A DNA stretch of 32,000 nucleotides from Dissulfurirhabdus thermomarina (GCF_012979235.1 NZ_JAATWC010000004.1:137243-169242); one strand, 5' to 3'. Positions 7,430 to 14,449 are shown, counted from the stretch's first letter. Made by a program: numbers and translations. The notes: generated by a model from the letters alone, not told the origin.

Positions 7430-8421
7430 CTCCGTCGCCTCCTGTCGTCATCCGGGCCGGCGGCCCGGCCGGAAGGCCGCCCCCACGAGAAGCGTTCCAG
7501 GGGAAGGTCCCCGCGCCGCCGGCAGTACTCCAGCATGGACCCGTCATAGACCCGCACGTTCTCGTAGCCGAGGACGTCGTGGAGCACGAGGTAGTCGATG
7601 CCCGCGAACTGGGCGGTGTTGCAGTAGACGATGATCCCGGCCCCCTTGTCCGCGGGGAGCCCCACGCCGCGGGCCAAGGCCTCGAGGACGGCCTCGTCCT
7701 TCAGGGTGGCTGGCGCCCGGTTGCGCCCGGCATTCGTGAGATAGGCCGCCGGCAGGCTCACCGACGAGGGGATGTGCCCGTAGCAGGCGACGTCGGCGCG
7801 CTTCGTGTGGCCGAAGTGCTGGTCCGGGTTCCGGGCGTCCACGAGGAAGGTGCGCGGATCGGCGATGGCGCGCCGCACGTCGTCGAGGCCGGCGATCGCG
7901 CGCGGGTCGCGCCGGGCGACGAAGTCCCCCCTGCGCGGCGCCGGCTCGTCCTTGACCACCTTCCGGCCCTCGAAGGTCCACTTCGTGAAGCCCCCGTTCA
8001 GCATGGAGACCCGTTCGAGCCCGTTGGCCTTGAGGATCCAGTAGACGGCCCCGGCCTTGGAGGCGTCGCTCACCGTGTTCCCGTGGGCATAGACCACCAC
8101 GTGGGAGTCGCGGTTCACCCCGGCCTCCTGGAGGAGGTCGGTGAGTTCGCCCTCGGGCACCATGAGGAGCTCGCCCTCGTCCCCCGGTGGCTCCATCTCC
8201 CCGTAGGGCACGCTCACCGCCCCCGGGATGTGGGCGAAGGCGTAGTTGGCCTCGGTCCGTACGTCCATCACCACGAGGCCCTTTCGGCCGAGGTGCCCGG
8301 CGAGCCAGGCCGTGTCCACGAGGGGCGGGGCCCCGCCCGCGGCCGCCCCGGGGGCCAGGCCCATGGCCAGGCACACCAGCCAGCCGATCACGCCGCTTCC
8401 GAATCCGGTCCTTTTCTTCAT
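7426..8421 (-). CDS. Periplasmic tandem-rhodanese-domain sulfurtransferase (catalytic Cys present)
   Basis: Start at ATG 8421, preceded by GAAGGAGG. Signal peptide MKKRTGFGSGVIGWLVCLAMGLAPGAAA. Two rhodanese repeats. The active-site loop is IIVYCNTAQFAG. Has an unusual Arg/Asp-rich 30-aa C-terminal tail. Confidence 0.8.
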   Translation of the reverse strand: MKKRTGFGSGVIGWLVCLAMGLAPGAAAGGAPPLVDTAWLAGHLGRKGLVVMDVRTEANYAFAHIPGAVSVPYGEMEPPGDEGELLMVPEGELTDLLQEAGVNRDSHVVVYAHGNTVSDASKAGAVYWILKANGLERVSMLNGGFTKWTFEGRKVVKDEPAPRRGDFVARRDPRAIAGLDDVRRAIADPRTFLVDARNPDQHFGHTKRADVACYGHIPSSVSLPAAYLTNAGRNRAPATLKDEAVLEALARGVGLPADKGAGIIVYCNTAQFAGIDYLVLHDVLGYENVRVYDGSMLEYCRRRGDLPLERFSWGRPSGRAAGPDDDRRRRR

Positions 8422-8477
8422 GTCCACTGCGCCGCCTCCTTCACCCGGTCCACCCGTTCGCCCGGTCCGCGCCGCCA

Positions 8478-9836
8478 TCATCTTCTGCCCTCGATCCGCG
8501 CCGGGACCGGGTCCACGACGATCCGGCGGTTGGCCGCAGGGTCCCCGGGACGGAGATCGTCCCCGGTCAGGAAGAGTTCCCGCTTCCCGTGGCAGGCGTT
8601 GCACGACCGGTTCTGCGGGGTCCGCCTCTGGATGCTGTGCACCGCCGCGGAGTTCCATGTGGGGAGGGCGTCGTAGTTGGCGACGAGATCCTCCGGTCCG
8701 GGTTTGCCGGTGAGGGTGGCCTGGAACCACCGCAGCGAGGCGAGGGAATCCTTCCGCATGGGAGTGTGCCGGACGAGGTTGTACCGGTACGGGTTGGCCG
8801 GGCTCCGATCGATGTTCCTGCCGATCTTGAAGGTGAAGAGCGGCTCGGACGGGAAGATGACCTCGACCTTGCCCTCCTCCTTGACGTCCAGGGACACGTG
8901 GCAGTCCTGGCAGTTGAAGTACCGGTTCGCGTGGCAGACCTGGCAGGCCAGCTCGTTTTCCCCGTGGGCGTTGTGCATGGCCACCTTGGATCTCCCGGGC
9001 CGGGCGTCCGGGTGGCAGTCCTCGCACCGGGGGGTCTCGGTGGCGTAATAACGCTTGGCGTCCCCGGGCCGCGTGTGGTGGAGCTGGGAGCCCCGGTGGC
9101 AGTCGTCGCACTCCATCTGGCCCTTCTCGTAGTGGACGTCCGCGGTGGTCCCCAGGAAGCCCACGTATTCGCCGGCGAACCTGGAGCCGTGGCAGCCGAA
9201 GCAGGTCTTTTCCATGGGGGGGCGCCTCTGGAAGCGATGCCGGTCGATGAGGCCGCCCTTGGACACCTTGGGCCAGGCCACGTGGCAGCTGCCGCAGCTG
9301 GCGTGACAGTTGGCGCAATCGAGGCTCCAGGCGGCCGGGAGGAGGGTCTCCTGCATCTCGTGGGGCCTCGTGATGGTGCCCACGATGTCGAGGATGCCCT
9401 TCAGGGTGTAGTGCATGGAGTCCTTGAAGGTGGCGGCGATCTCCTCGTGGCACTCGGCGCACACCCCGCCGCCGCCCGCCTCCGACGGGTCCTTCACCAG
9501 GCCCTCGTGGGCCGCCTCCTTGTCGCTCGCATTGGTCCCCTTGTGGCAGTAGCGGCAGCCGAGCTCCCCGTGGGGGGTCTCGAGAAAGTCCCTGGCCACC
9601 CCGTAGGTGTCCCTGCCCCTCAACTGGGGGGCGGATACGCCTCAGCCGGCCACCCCGGCGGCCGCGGCCGCCGCCTTGGCCCCGAACTCGTCCATGCGCT
9701 CCAGGTCGGCGTGACAGGCGATGCAGGCCCCGGAGTCGGCATCGCCGGCCTGGACCGCCCGGACTGGGGCCGGAAGCCCGGCGCCAAAGAGCATCACCGC
9801 CAAGGTCACGAGTGATTTCATCATGTTGCGTTCCAT
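8478..9836 (-). CDS. Periplasmic undecaheme c-type cytochrome, interrupted by one in-frame TGA (9642-9644): candidate selenocysteine codon, or else a disrupted gene
   Basis: ATG at 9836 follows AGGAGGTGA. Signal peptide MERNMMKSLVTLAVMLFGAGLPAPVRA. There are 11 CxxCH motifs (CIACH before the TGA, 10 after). Both ORF-track pieces (9642..9905 and 8478..9623) are in the same frame. The downstream piece has no ATG/GTG start, RBS or signal peptide of its own. Confidence 0.7.
9602..9639 (-). other. SECIS-like extended stem-loop immediately 3' of the in-frame UGA
   Basis: mRNA after UGA reads GGCGUAUCCGCCCCCCAGUUGAGGGGCAGGGACACCUACGG. Lower stem is CGUA/UACG. Upper stem is UCC-GCCCC / GGGGC-(A bulge)-GGG. 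The 8-nt apical loop CCAGUUGA sits about 18-25 nt from the U of UGA. Confidence 0.35.
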
Positions 9837-9872
9837 GGGCACGTCACCTCCTCTTGGCCGTCGGGCCGTTAA

Positions 9873-9887
9873 TACCACGTTGTGGTA
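9873..9887 (-). promoter_or_regulatory. Perfect inverted repeat TACCAC-N3-GTGGTA (candidate operator or 5'-UTR hairpin)
   Basis: TACCACGTTGTGGTA lies just downstream of the predicted -10 element of the cytochrome operon, about +7 to +21 from the predicted TSS. Confidence 0.45.
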
Positions 9888-9889
9888 CT

Positions 9890-10010
9890 CAACTGGGATT
9901 TTCATAAATGAACGCGGTTTTTATGTCAAGAATTTTTATTTATCTGGATTTACCGTTGTTTTATGAAAATATTTATACTTTTTTATCTTTTTATTGTTTT
10001 TTTATCGCTG
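9890..10010. promoter_or_regulatory. AT-rich (about 20-25% GC) island with phased T-tracts in the divergent intergenic region
   Basis: Seven T3-7AT tracts end at about 9924, 9939, 9964, 9976, 9986, 9994 and 10005. The last four have roughly helical spacing. The flanking genome is about 70% GC. Confidence 0.7.
9901..9929 (-). promoter_or_regulatory. Sigma70-type promoter of the cytochrome-rhodanese operon
   Basis: On the minus strand: TTGACA (9929-9924), a 17-nt spacer, then TATGAA (9906-9901). It sits at the edge of the AT-rich island and about 65 nt upstream of the ATG at 9836. Confidence 0.55.
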
Positions 10011-10263
10011 GATGCCGTGCCGCCCTCGCAAAAAGGCTCCGGGGGGATGGCCGGGCAGAGATCCCGGATGCCGGCGCGAGGACGTCGGGGAACGGGGCGG
10101 GCCGCGGGCCGCCGAACGGGCGAGGTCACCCGGATCATCCCGGGTTTCGGTGCATTCTCGCAGCGCCACCATGCGCCGGGACGGGAAGAGGGCTTCCGCG
10201 CCTCCCCGATTCTGGTATCCTGGATCCCCGGACCGGCGACGGCCCGATCGAGGCCCGGAGACA

Positions 10264-10656
10264 ATGGACGGCACTCACTTCATGAGGGCCCGGCGGCTCC
10301 TCGGAAAGACCCAGAAGCAGATGGCGGAGCTCCTCGGGATCTCCCTGAAGGCGGTCTGCAGCTACGAGCAGGGCTGGCGGCGGGTCCCTCCCCACGTGGA
10401 GCGGCAGGTCTACTTCCTCATCGCCTCCAGGCGGGGCCTCGCGGAGGGCATGACTCCCTGCTGGGAGGCCAAGGACTGCCCCGACGAACGGCGGCGCTGC
10501 TGCCCCGCCTGGGAGTTCAACGCGGGGCGGCTCTGCTGGTTCATCAGCGGAACGGTCTGCGAATGTAACGCCCACCGAAACTGGGACGAAAAGATGCGCA
10601 TCTGCAAGGAGTGCCACGTCCTGGGGCAGATCCTGGACATGTTCGCGGAGCCCTGA
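10264..10656 (+). CDS. XRE-family helix-turn-helix regulator with a C-terminal 9-cysteine (two Cys-Trp) domain
   Basis: 130 aa from ATG 10264 (GGAG 5 nt upstream). HTH segment is RARRLLGKTQKQMAELLGISLKAVCSYEQG. C-terminal segment is PCWEAKDCPDERRRCCPAWEFNAGRLCWFISGTVCECNAHRNWDEKMRICKECH. Confidence 0.75.
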   Translation: MDGTHFMRARRLLGKTQKQMAELLGISLKAVCSYEQGWRRVPPHVERQVYFLIASRRGLAEGMTPCWEAKDCPDERRRCCPAWEFNAGRLCWFISGTVCECNAHRNWDEKMRICKECHVLGQILDMFAEP

Positions 10657-10737
10657 GGCCGAAAGGGAGGGGCCGCCGAGGCGCCGGACCGACGCGGGGA
10701 GACGGGCGCCGCCCCGGCGAGGGAGGGGAGGCCGCCG

Positions 10738-11169
10738 TCAGAAGGTGGCCGGGTCCTCGGGCGGAAGCGCCGCCTCGTCGAAGGGCAGGACCCCGAGCCG
10801 ATCCAGTTCCCCCTCCACCGCGGCCAGCCACCCCTCTGGGTCGATACCCGGGGGGAGCCGTCCCTCCAGGGCCTGCTCGGTAAGGCGGGCCAGCCCCTCG
10901 AAGTCGAACCCCGGCGAGACGGCGCCGCGGGCGGCGAGGTGGCGGAAGAGGGCCGCGTCGTCCTCGAGGTCCAGCCCGGCGGAGGCCCCGTGCACCCGGG
11001 CATGCCACTGCATGGCGTGGATCAGGGTGTCGTAGAGGGTGGACACCCCGGCCGCGAGCTTGCCCTGCCGGATCCGGCGCCGCGCCCCGCGAAGGTGCAG
11101 GCGCGAGCGCTGGAGGAGGGCGGCCGCGGGGTCCATGTGCCGTTCGTCGAGGAGCCCGAAGTGCGGCAT
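10738..11169 (-). CDS. Hypothetical protein (helical, 143 aa)
   Basis: ORF starts 4 nt after the stop of the upstream CDF-like gene. Codon usage is consistent with coding. No motif was recognised with confidence. Confidence 0.5.
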   Translation of the reverse strand: MPHFGLLDERHMDPAAALLQRSRLHLRGARRRIRQGKLAAGVSTLYDTLIHAMQWHARVHGASAGLDLEDDAALFRHLAARGAVSPGFDFEGLARLTEQALEGRLPPGIDPEGWLAAVEGELDRLGVLPFDEAALPPEDPATF

Positions 11170-11173
11170 GGCC

Positions 11174-11836
11174 CTACCCGGTTTCCCCGCTGCAGCCGCA
11201 GGCGGCGCAGCGGCAGGTGGCGGCGCCCCGGGCCTTCCCGAAGGCCTCCCGCCCCTCCCGGAGGGCGAAGGCGGCGATGAGAAGCGCCCCGGCGGCGTCG
11301 AGCCCGCCCACCCCGGTCCATTCGGTGCCGAGGCTCGCCCCCAGGAGGACGAAGGAGAGGTAGAGACAAGTCCGGGTACAGGCGGCGTCGGCCAGGATGG
11401 CGTCGGAGTCCAGGGCCCGCCCCACCCGGACCTTGGCCCGGATGAGGGCCCACATGGTGACGATGGAGACCAAGGCCACCACCACGCCCCAGAAGGTGGT
11501 CACCGGGGCGTGCCCCGAGGCGAGGCTGGCCGCAGCCCCGGCCGCGAGGCCGGCCGCCAGGAGGTAGAAGGCCGTCCCGGTGATGCGGAGGGCACGGCGT
11601 TCGAAGGGGTCGGGGGAGCGGTCCGGGTTCCGGCGGATGCGCCGCGCCATGTGCCAGACCCCCACGCCGGAGATCACCTCCACGAAGGAATCCACCCCGA
11701 AGCCGAAGAGGGAGAGGGTCTCGTCCTCCAGGCCGAAGAAGACGGACACCGCCCCCTCGGCCAGGTTGTAGACCGCGGTGAAGGCGGCCAGCCAGGCCGC
11801 CCGGGCGTAGAGGGCATCGCGCGCGCCGGGGGTCAC
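11174..11836 (-). CDS. Cation-efflux (CDF)-like membrane protein, transmembrane domain only, with a Cys-rich C-terminal tail
   Basis: 220 aa with about 6 hydrophobic helices. Acidic residues in TM segments (FFGLEDETLSLFGFGVDSFVEV, LDSDAILADAAC) are typical of Cation_efflux-type proteins. The tail is CRCAACGCSGETG. Confidence 0.55.
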   Translation of the reverse strand: MTPGARDALYARAAWLAAFTAVYNLAEGAVSVFFGLEDETLSLFGFGVDSFVEVISGVGVWHMARRIRRNPDRSPDPFERRALRITGTAFYLLAAGLAAGAAASLASGHAPVTTFWGVVVALVSIVTMWALIRAKVRVGRALDSDAILADAACTRTCLYLSFVLLGASLGTEWTGVGGLDAAGALLIAAFALREGREAFGKARGAATCRCAACGCSGETG

Positions 11837-11842
11837 GACCCG

Positions 11843-12511
11843 TCACCCGCGCGCGGGGAGCGACACCCCGATGCCGCGCATGACGGCCTCGAAGCCGGGA
11901 CGATCCCGGTAGAGGTGGGCGTGCCATCCGCGGGAGCGGGCCCGGCCCACGTTCCCCGCGTCGTCGTCCACGAAGAGGAGCCGGTGGGGCGCACGGCCCA
12001 GTTCCGCCGCCACGTCGTCGAAGAGCGATGCATCCCGCTTCCCCTTTCCCATCCGGTAGCTGTTGAAGACCCGGTCGAACTCCCGGCCGAAACCGGCGGC
12101 CGCATCCAGGCGTTCGAGCCAGTCCGTCTGGTCGCTCAGGAGGACCGCCGCCAGGCCGCGGCGGCGCACCGCCCGGACCCAGTCGAGCATCCAGGGACGC
12201 AGCACGAACCGGGAGAGGATCTCTCCGGAGAGGTCCGAATCCCGGCCGGGGATGCCCCACCGCCCGCGGAGCGCCGCCCAGAAGTCCGCCTCGGCTCCCC
12301 GGCCGGTCACGTAGCCCGTCTCGTAGACCGCGTCCGCCGCCGACCGGGCGAAGGCCTCCGGGTCCAGGCCGAACCGGCGGGCAATGGCCCGGAGCCCCTC
12401 CCGAAATCCCTCCTCGGCCAGGACGCCGCCGAAGTCGAAGAGGACCGCCCGGACGCCGGCATGCCCGCAGGCGTCGGAACAGGCGGCGGGCGGGATCGGC
12501 GGTCCGTTCAT
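11843..12511 (-). CDS. HAD-superfamily hydrolase (subfamily IA-like)
   Basis: Motif I is VLFDFGGVL, and the late motif is LLFVDDDAGNV. The start at ATG 12511 is uncertain, since the ORF-track ORF extends further upstream through non-coding-looking sequence. Confidence 0.7.
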   Translation of the reverse strand: MNGPPIPPAACSDACGHAGVRAVLFDFGGVLAEEGFREGLRAIARRFGLDPEAFARSAADAVYETGYVTGRGAEADFWAALRGRWGIPGRDSDLSGEILSRFVLRPWMLDWVRAVRRRGLAAVLLSDQTDWLERLDAAAGFGREFDRVFNSYRMGKGKRDASLFDDVAAELGRAPHRLLFVDDDAGNVGRARSRGWHAHLYRDRPGFEAVMRGIGVSLPARG

Positions 12512-12563
12512 GCGGGGATTATAACCGCGGGGGCCCGCCGGGGGCCACCCCGCCCCGTGGTCC

Positions 12564-12592
12564 TTGTCTTTCCCCCGGGGTCCGCGTATCCT
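12564..12592 (+). promoter_or_regulatory. Putative sigma70-type promoter of the DUF948-YtxH pair
   Basis: TTGTCT (12564-12569), a 17-nt spacer, then TATCCT (12587-12592). About 60 nt upstream of ATG 12654. Confidence 0.35.
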
Positions 12593-12653
12593 TGGGGAGA
12601 GGCCGGGCCCGGCCCGGCCGGCGCCGCCCCGAGACACTGGAGGACCGCTTCCC

Positions 12654-13127
12654 ATGGGCGCACACGTCAGCGACATCCTGCTCCTGGTCATCGCCCTGTC
12701 CGTGGCCGTGCTCGCCGCGGCGGTGGCCGTCCTGGCCCTCCGACTCCGCGACACCCTGAAACGGGTTGACGAGCTCACCTCCAGCACCCAGATTCTGGTC
12801 GAGGAGACCGGCCGCCGGCTGAACGACCTGGTGGACTCCGTGGAACGGCTCTCCCGCCTGGTAGAGGAACAGATGGAACGCAACGTCGCCCCCCTCCTCG
12901 AGGGCCTCGCCGAGCTGGCCGGGCAGGTCAACCGCAGCATCGCCCAGACGCGGGGCTTCTTCGACGCCTTCCAGGAGGTGGGCGACACCGTTCGACTGGT
13001 GAGCCGGATCACGCGGGGGGGGCTCTCCCACTTCGCCGTCCAGGTCGCCAGCATGGCCATGGGGGCCAAGCGCTCCCTGGAGGTCGTCTCCGAAAAGTTG
13101 ACCGGTAAAGGAGGGAAAGAGACATGA
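12654..13127 (+). CDS. DUF948-like membrane-anchored coiled-coil protein
   Basis: Start at ATG 12654 (GGAGGA upstream). Has an N-terminal TM helix ILLLVIALSVAVLAAAVAVLAL followed by coiled-coil sequence. Paired with a YtxH-like gene, as is common. Confidence 0.55.
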   Translation: MGAHVSDILLLVIALSVAVLAAAVAVLALRLRDTLKRVDELTSSTQILVEETGRRLNDLVDSVERLSRLVEEQMERNVAPLLEGLAELAGQVNRSIAQTRGFFDAFQEVGDTVRLVSRITRGGLSHFAVQVASMAMGAKRSLEVVSEKLTGKGGKET

Positions 13128-13471
13128 GCTGCAACGAGGGACACTACACCGCGGGATCCGTCACCCTGGCCTTCCTGCTCGGGGGGGCCGTCGGCGCCGC
13201 CCTGACCGCGCTGCTCAGCCCGCGGTCGGGCCCCGAGAACATCGACGCCATCCGGACCCAGGCCGACACGCTCCGGCGCGAGGCCCAACGCATGGCCGAA
13301 GAGGTCCGCGAGCGCACCGAGGAGATCGTCGGCAAGGGCCGGGACCTCGTGGAGACGAAGAAGGCCATCCTCGAGTCGGCCCTCGAGGCCGGACGCGAGG
13401 CCATGGAGCGCGAGAAGGAACGCCTGCTCGGCAAGCTGCGCAAGGAAGGGACCCTGGAGGAAGAGGCCTAG
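13124..13471 (+). CDS. YtxH-domain (general stress-like) protein
   Basis: 115 aa. Has an N-terminal hydrophobic segment GSVTLAFLLGGAVGAALTALLSP and then a charged helical region. ATGA overlap with the upstream gene. Confidence 0.6.
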   Translation: MSCNEGHYTAGSVTLAFLLGGAVGAALTALLSPRSGPENIDAIRTQADTLRREAQRMAEEVRERTEEIVGKGRDLVETKKAILESALEAGREAMEREKERLLGKLRKEGTLEEEA

Positions 13472-13580
13472 CCGGCCGCCCCCGGGGTGGCCGCCCGCCC
13501 GGCCCCGCCCCGGAAGGACGGCGCCCGCCGGGGCGCTTCGCCGCTTCGGCGGGCGGATGCGCGGCCTGGCCCGCGTGTGG

Positions 13581-14399
13581 CTATTCCCCCGGCCCCTTGG
13601 CCCAGCCGAGCTTTTCCCGGAGGATGGTGAAATAGTCGCGCAGGGGGGACCGAACGAGCCCCAGCGGGCGCGACGCCTTGGTGACCCGCAGCCGGTCGCC
13701 CGGCGCGAAGGTGCGGCGTACCTGGCCGTCCACCACCAGGCTCACCCCCTCCTCGGGCCGGGCGAGCCCCACCGTCACCTCGAGGCCGCCCGGCACCAGG
13801 ATGGGCCGGGCGCTCAGGGCGAAGGGGCAGATCGGGGTGAGGACGAGCGCCTCGATCTCCGGGTGGACCAGGGGCCCCCCGGCGGAGAGGTTGTAGGCCG
13901 TGGACCCGGTTGGGGTCGCGAGGATGAGCCCGTCGCCCCGGTAGGTGGTGAGGAAGTCGCCGCCGGCCCAGGTATCCAGGGTGATCATCCGCTCCACGGG
14001 GCCCTTGGCCACCACCGCCTCGTTGAGCGCCCGGAACCGGGCCGCCTCGCCGCCGCCGCTCTCCACCCGGGCGACGAGCACCATCCGGTCCTCCACCTCG
14101 CACTCCCCGCGGACCAGGGCCTCGAGGGCGGCGGCCATCTCCTCCAGCGGGATCTCCGTGAGGAACCCGAGCCCGCCCATGTTGACCCCCAGGATGGGCA
14201 CGCCGAGCTCGTGGGCCCGGGCGGCCACGTGGAGGAGCGTTCCGTCGCCGCCGAAGACCACCACCGCCTCGCACCCGGGCGCCACCCGCCCCTCGGTGAC
14301 CTGGACCCCCATCTTCCGGAGAAGGGCCGCGGCCGCCTCGGCGGCCCGGGCCGGCGCCTCCTCGGCGCCGCGCTTGCGGATGAGGCTGACGTGGCGCAT
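13581..14399 (-). CDS. nadK: NAD(+) kinase
   Basis: Contains VVVFGGDGTLLH (GGDGT), NMGGLGFLTE and ATPTGSTAYNLSAGGP motifs. Start taken at the internal ATG 14399 (MRHVSLI...). Confidence 0.9.
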   Translation of the reverse strand: MRHVSLIRKRGAEEAPARAAEAAAALLRKMGVQVTEGRVAPGCEAVVVFGGDGTLLHVAARAHELGVPILGVNMGGLGFLTEIPLEEMAAALEALVRGECEVEDRMVLVARVESGGGEAARFRALNEAVVAKGPVERMITLDTWAGGDFLTTYRGDGLILATPTGSTAYNLSAGGPLVHPEIEALVLTPICPFALSARPILVPGGLEVTVGLARPEEGVSLVVDGQVRRTFAPGDRLRVTKASRPLGLVRSPLRDYFTILREKLGWAKGPGE

Positions 14400-14449
14400 C
14401 AGGCTCGCCCTCCCGGAAGGCCGCCGGAGAAGACGACGGCCGAGTAAGC

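Noticed and set aside
7426-9462. The 678-aa ORF read as a single protein
   Set aside because: Its first 347 or so residues are an out-of-frame overlap of the cytochrome gene and are low complexity. A strong RBS plus ATG at 8421, followed by a signal peptide, marks the true rhodanese start.
8478-9623. TTG-initiated 381-aa decaheme ORF as an independent gene
   Set aside because: It has no RBS and no signal peptide, so a c-type cytochrome could not be exported or matured. It is in frame with the upstream signal-peptide-bearing ORF across a single TGA. I treated it as one gene with recoding or disruption.
9642-9644. Global reassignment of TGA (for example to Gly or Trp) as the explanation for the in-frame TGA
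   Set aside because: Many well-supported genes in the window terminate at TGA at positions matching family-typical C-termini, for example 1151-1153, 21087-21089, 22907-22909 and 30111-30113.
9908-10568. ORFs 9908..10285 and 9963..10568, and the N-terminal extension of 9994..10656, starting inside the AT-rich island
   Set aside because: The hydrophobic N-termini are simply translated T-tracts. The remainder is Arg/Gly-rich shadow sequence, and no RBS is present. The HTH regulator has its own GGAG plus ATG at 10264.
13472-13580. GC-rich inverted repeat (GCCCGCC...GGCGGGC) between the convergent ytxH-like and nadK genes as a terminator
   Set aside because: It has hairpin potential, but the loop is large and irregular and there is no T-tract on either strand. 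This is not strong enough to annotate.
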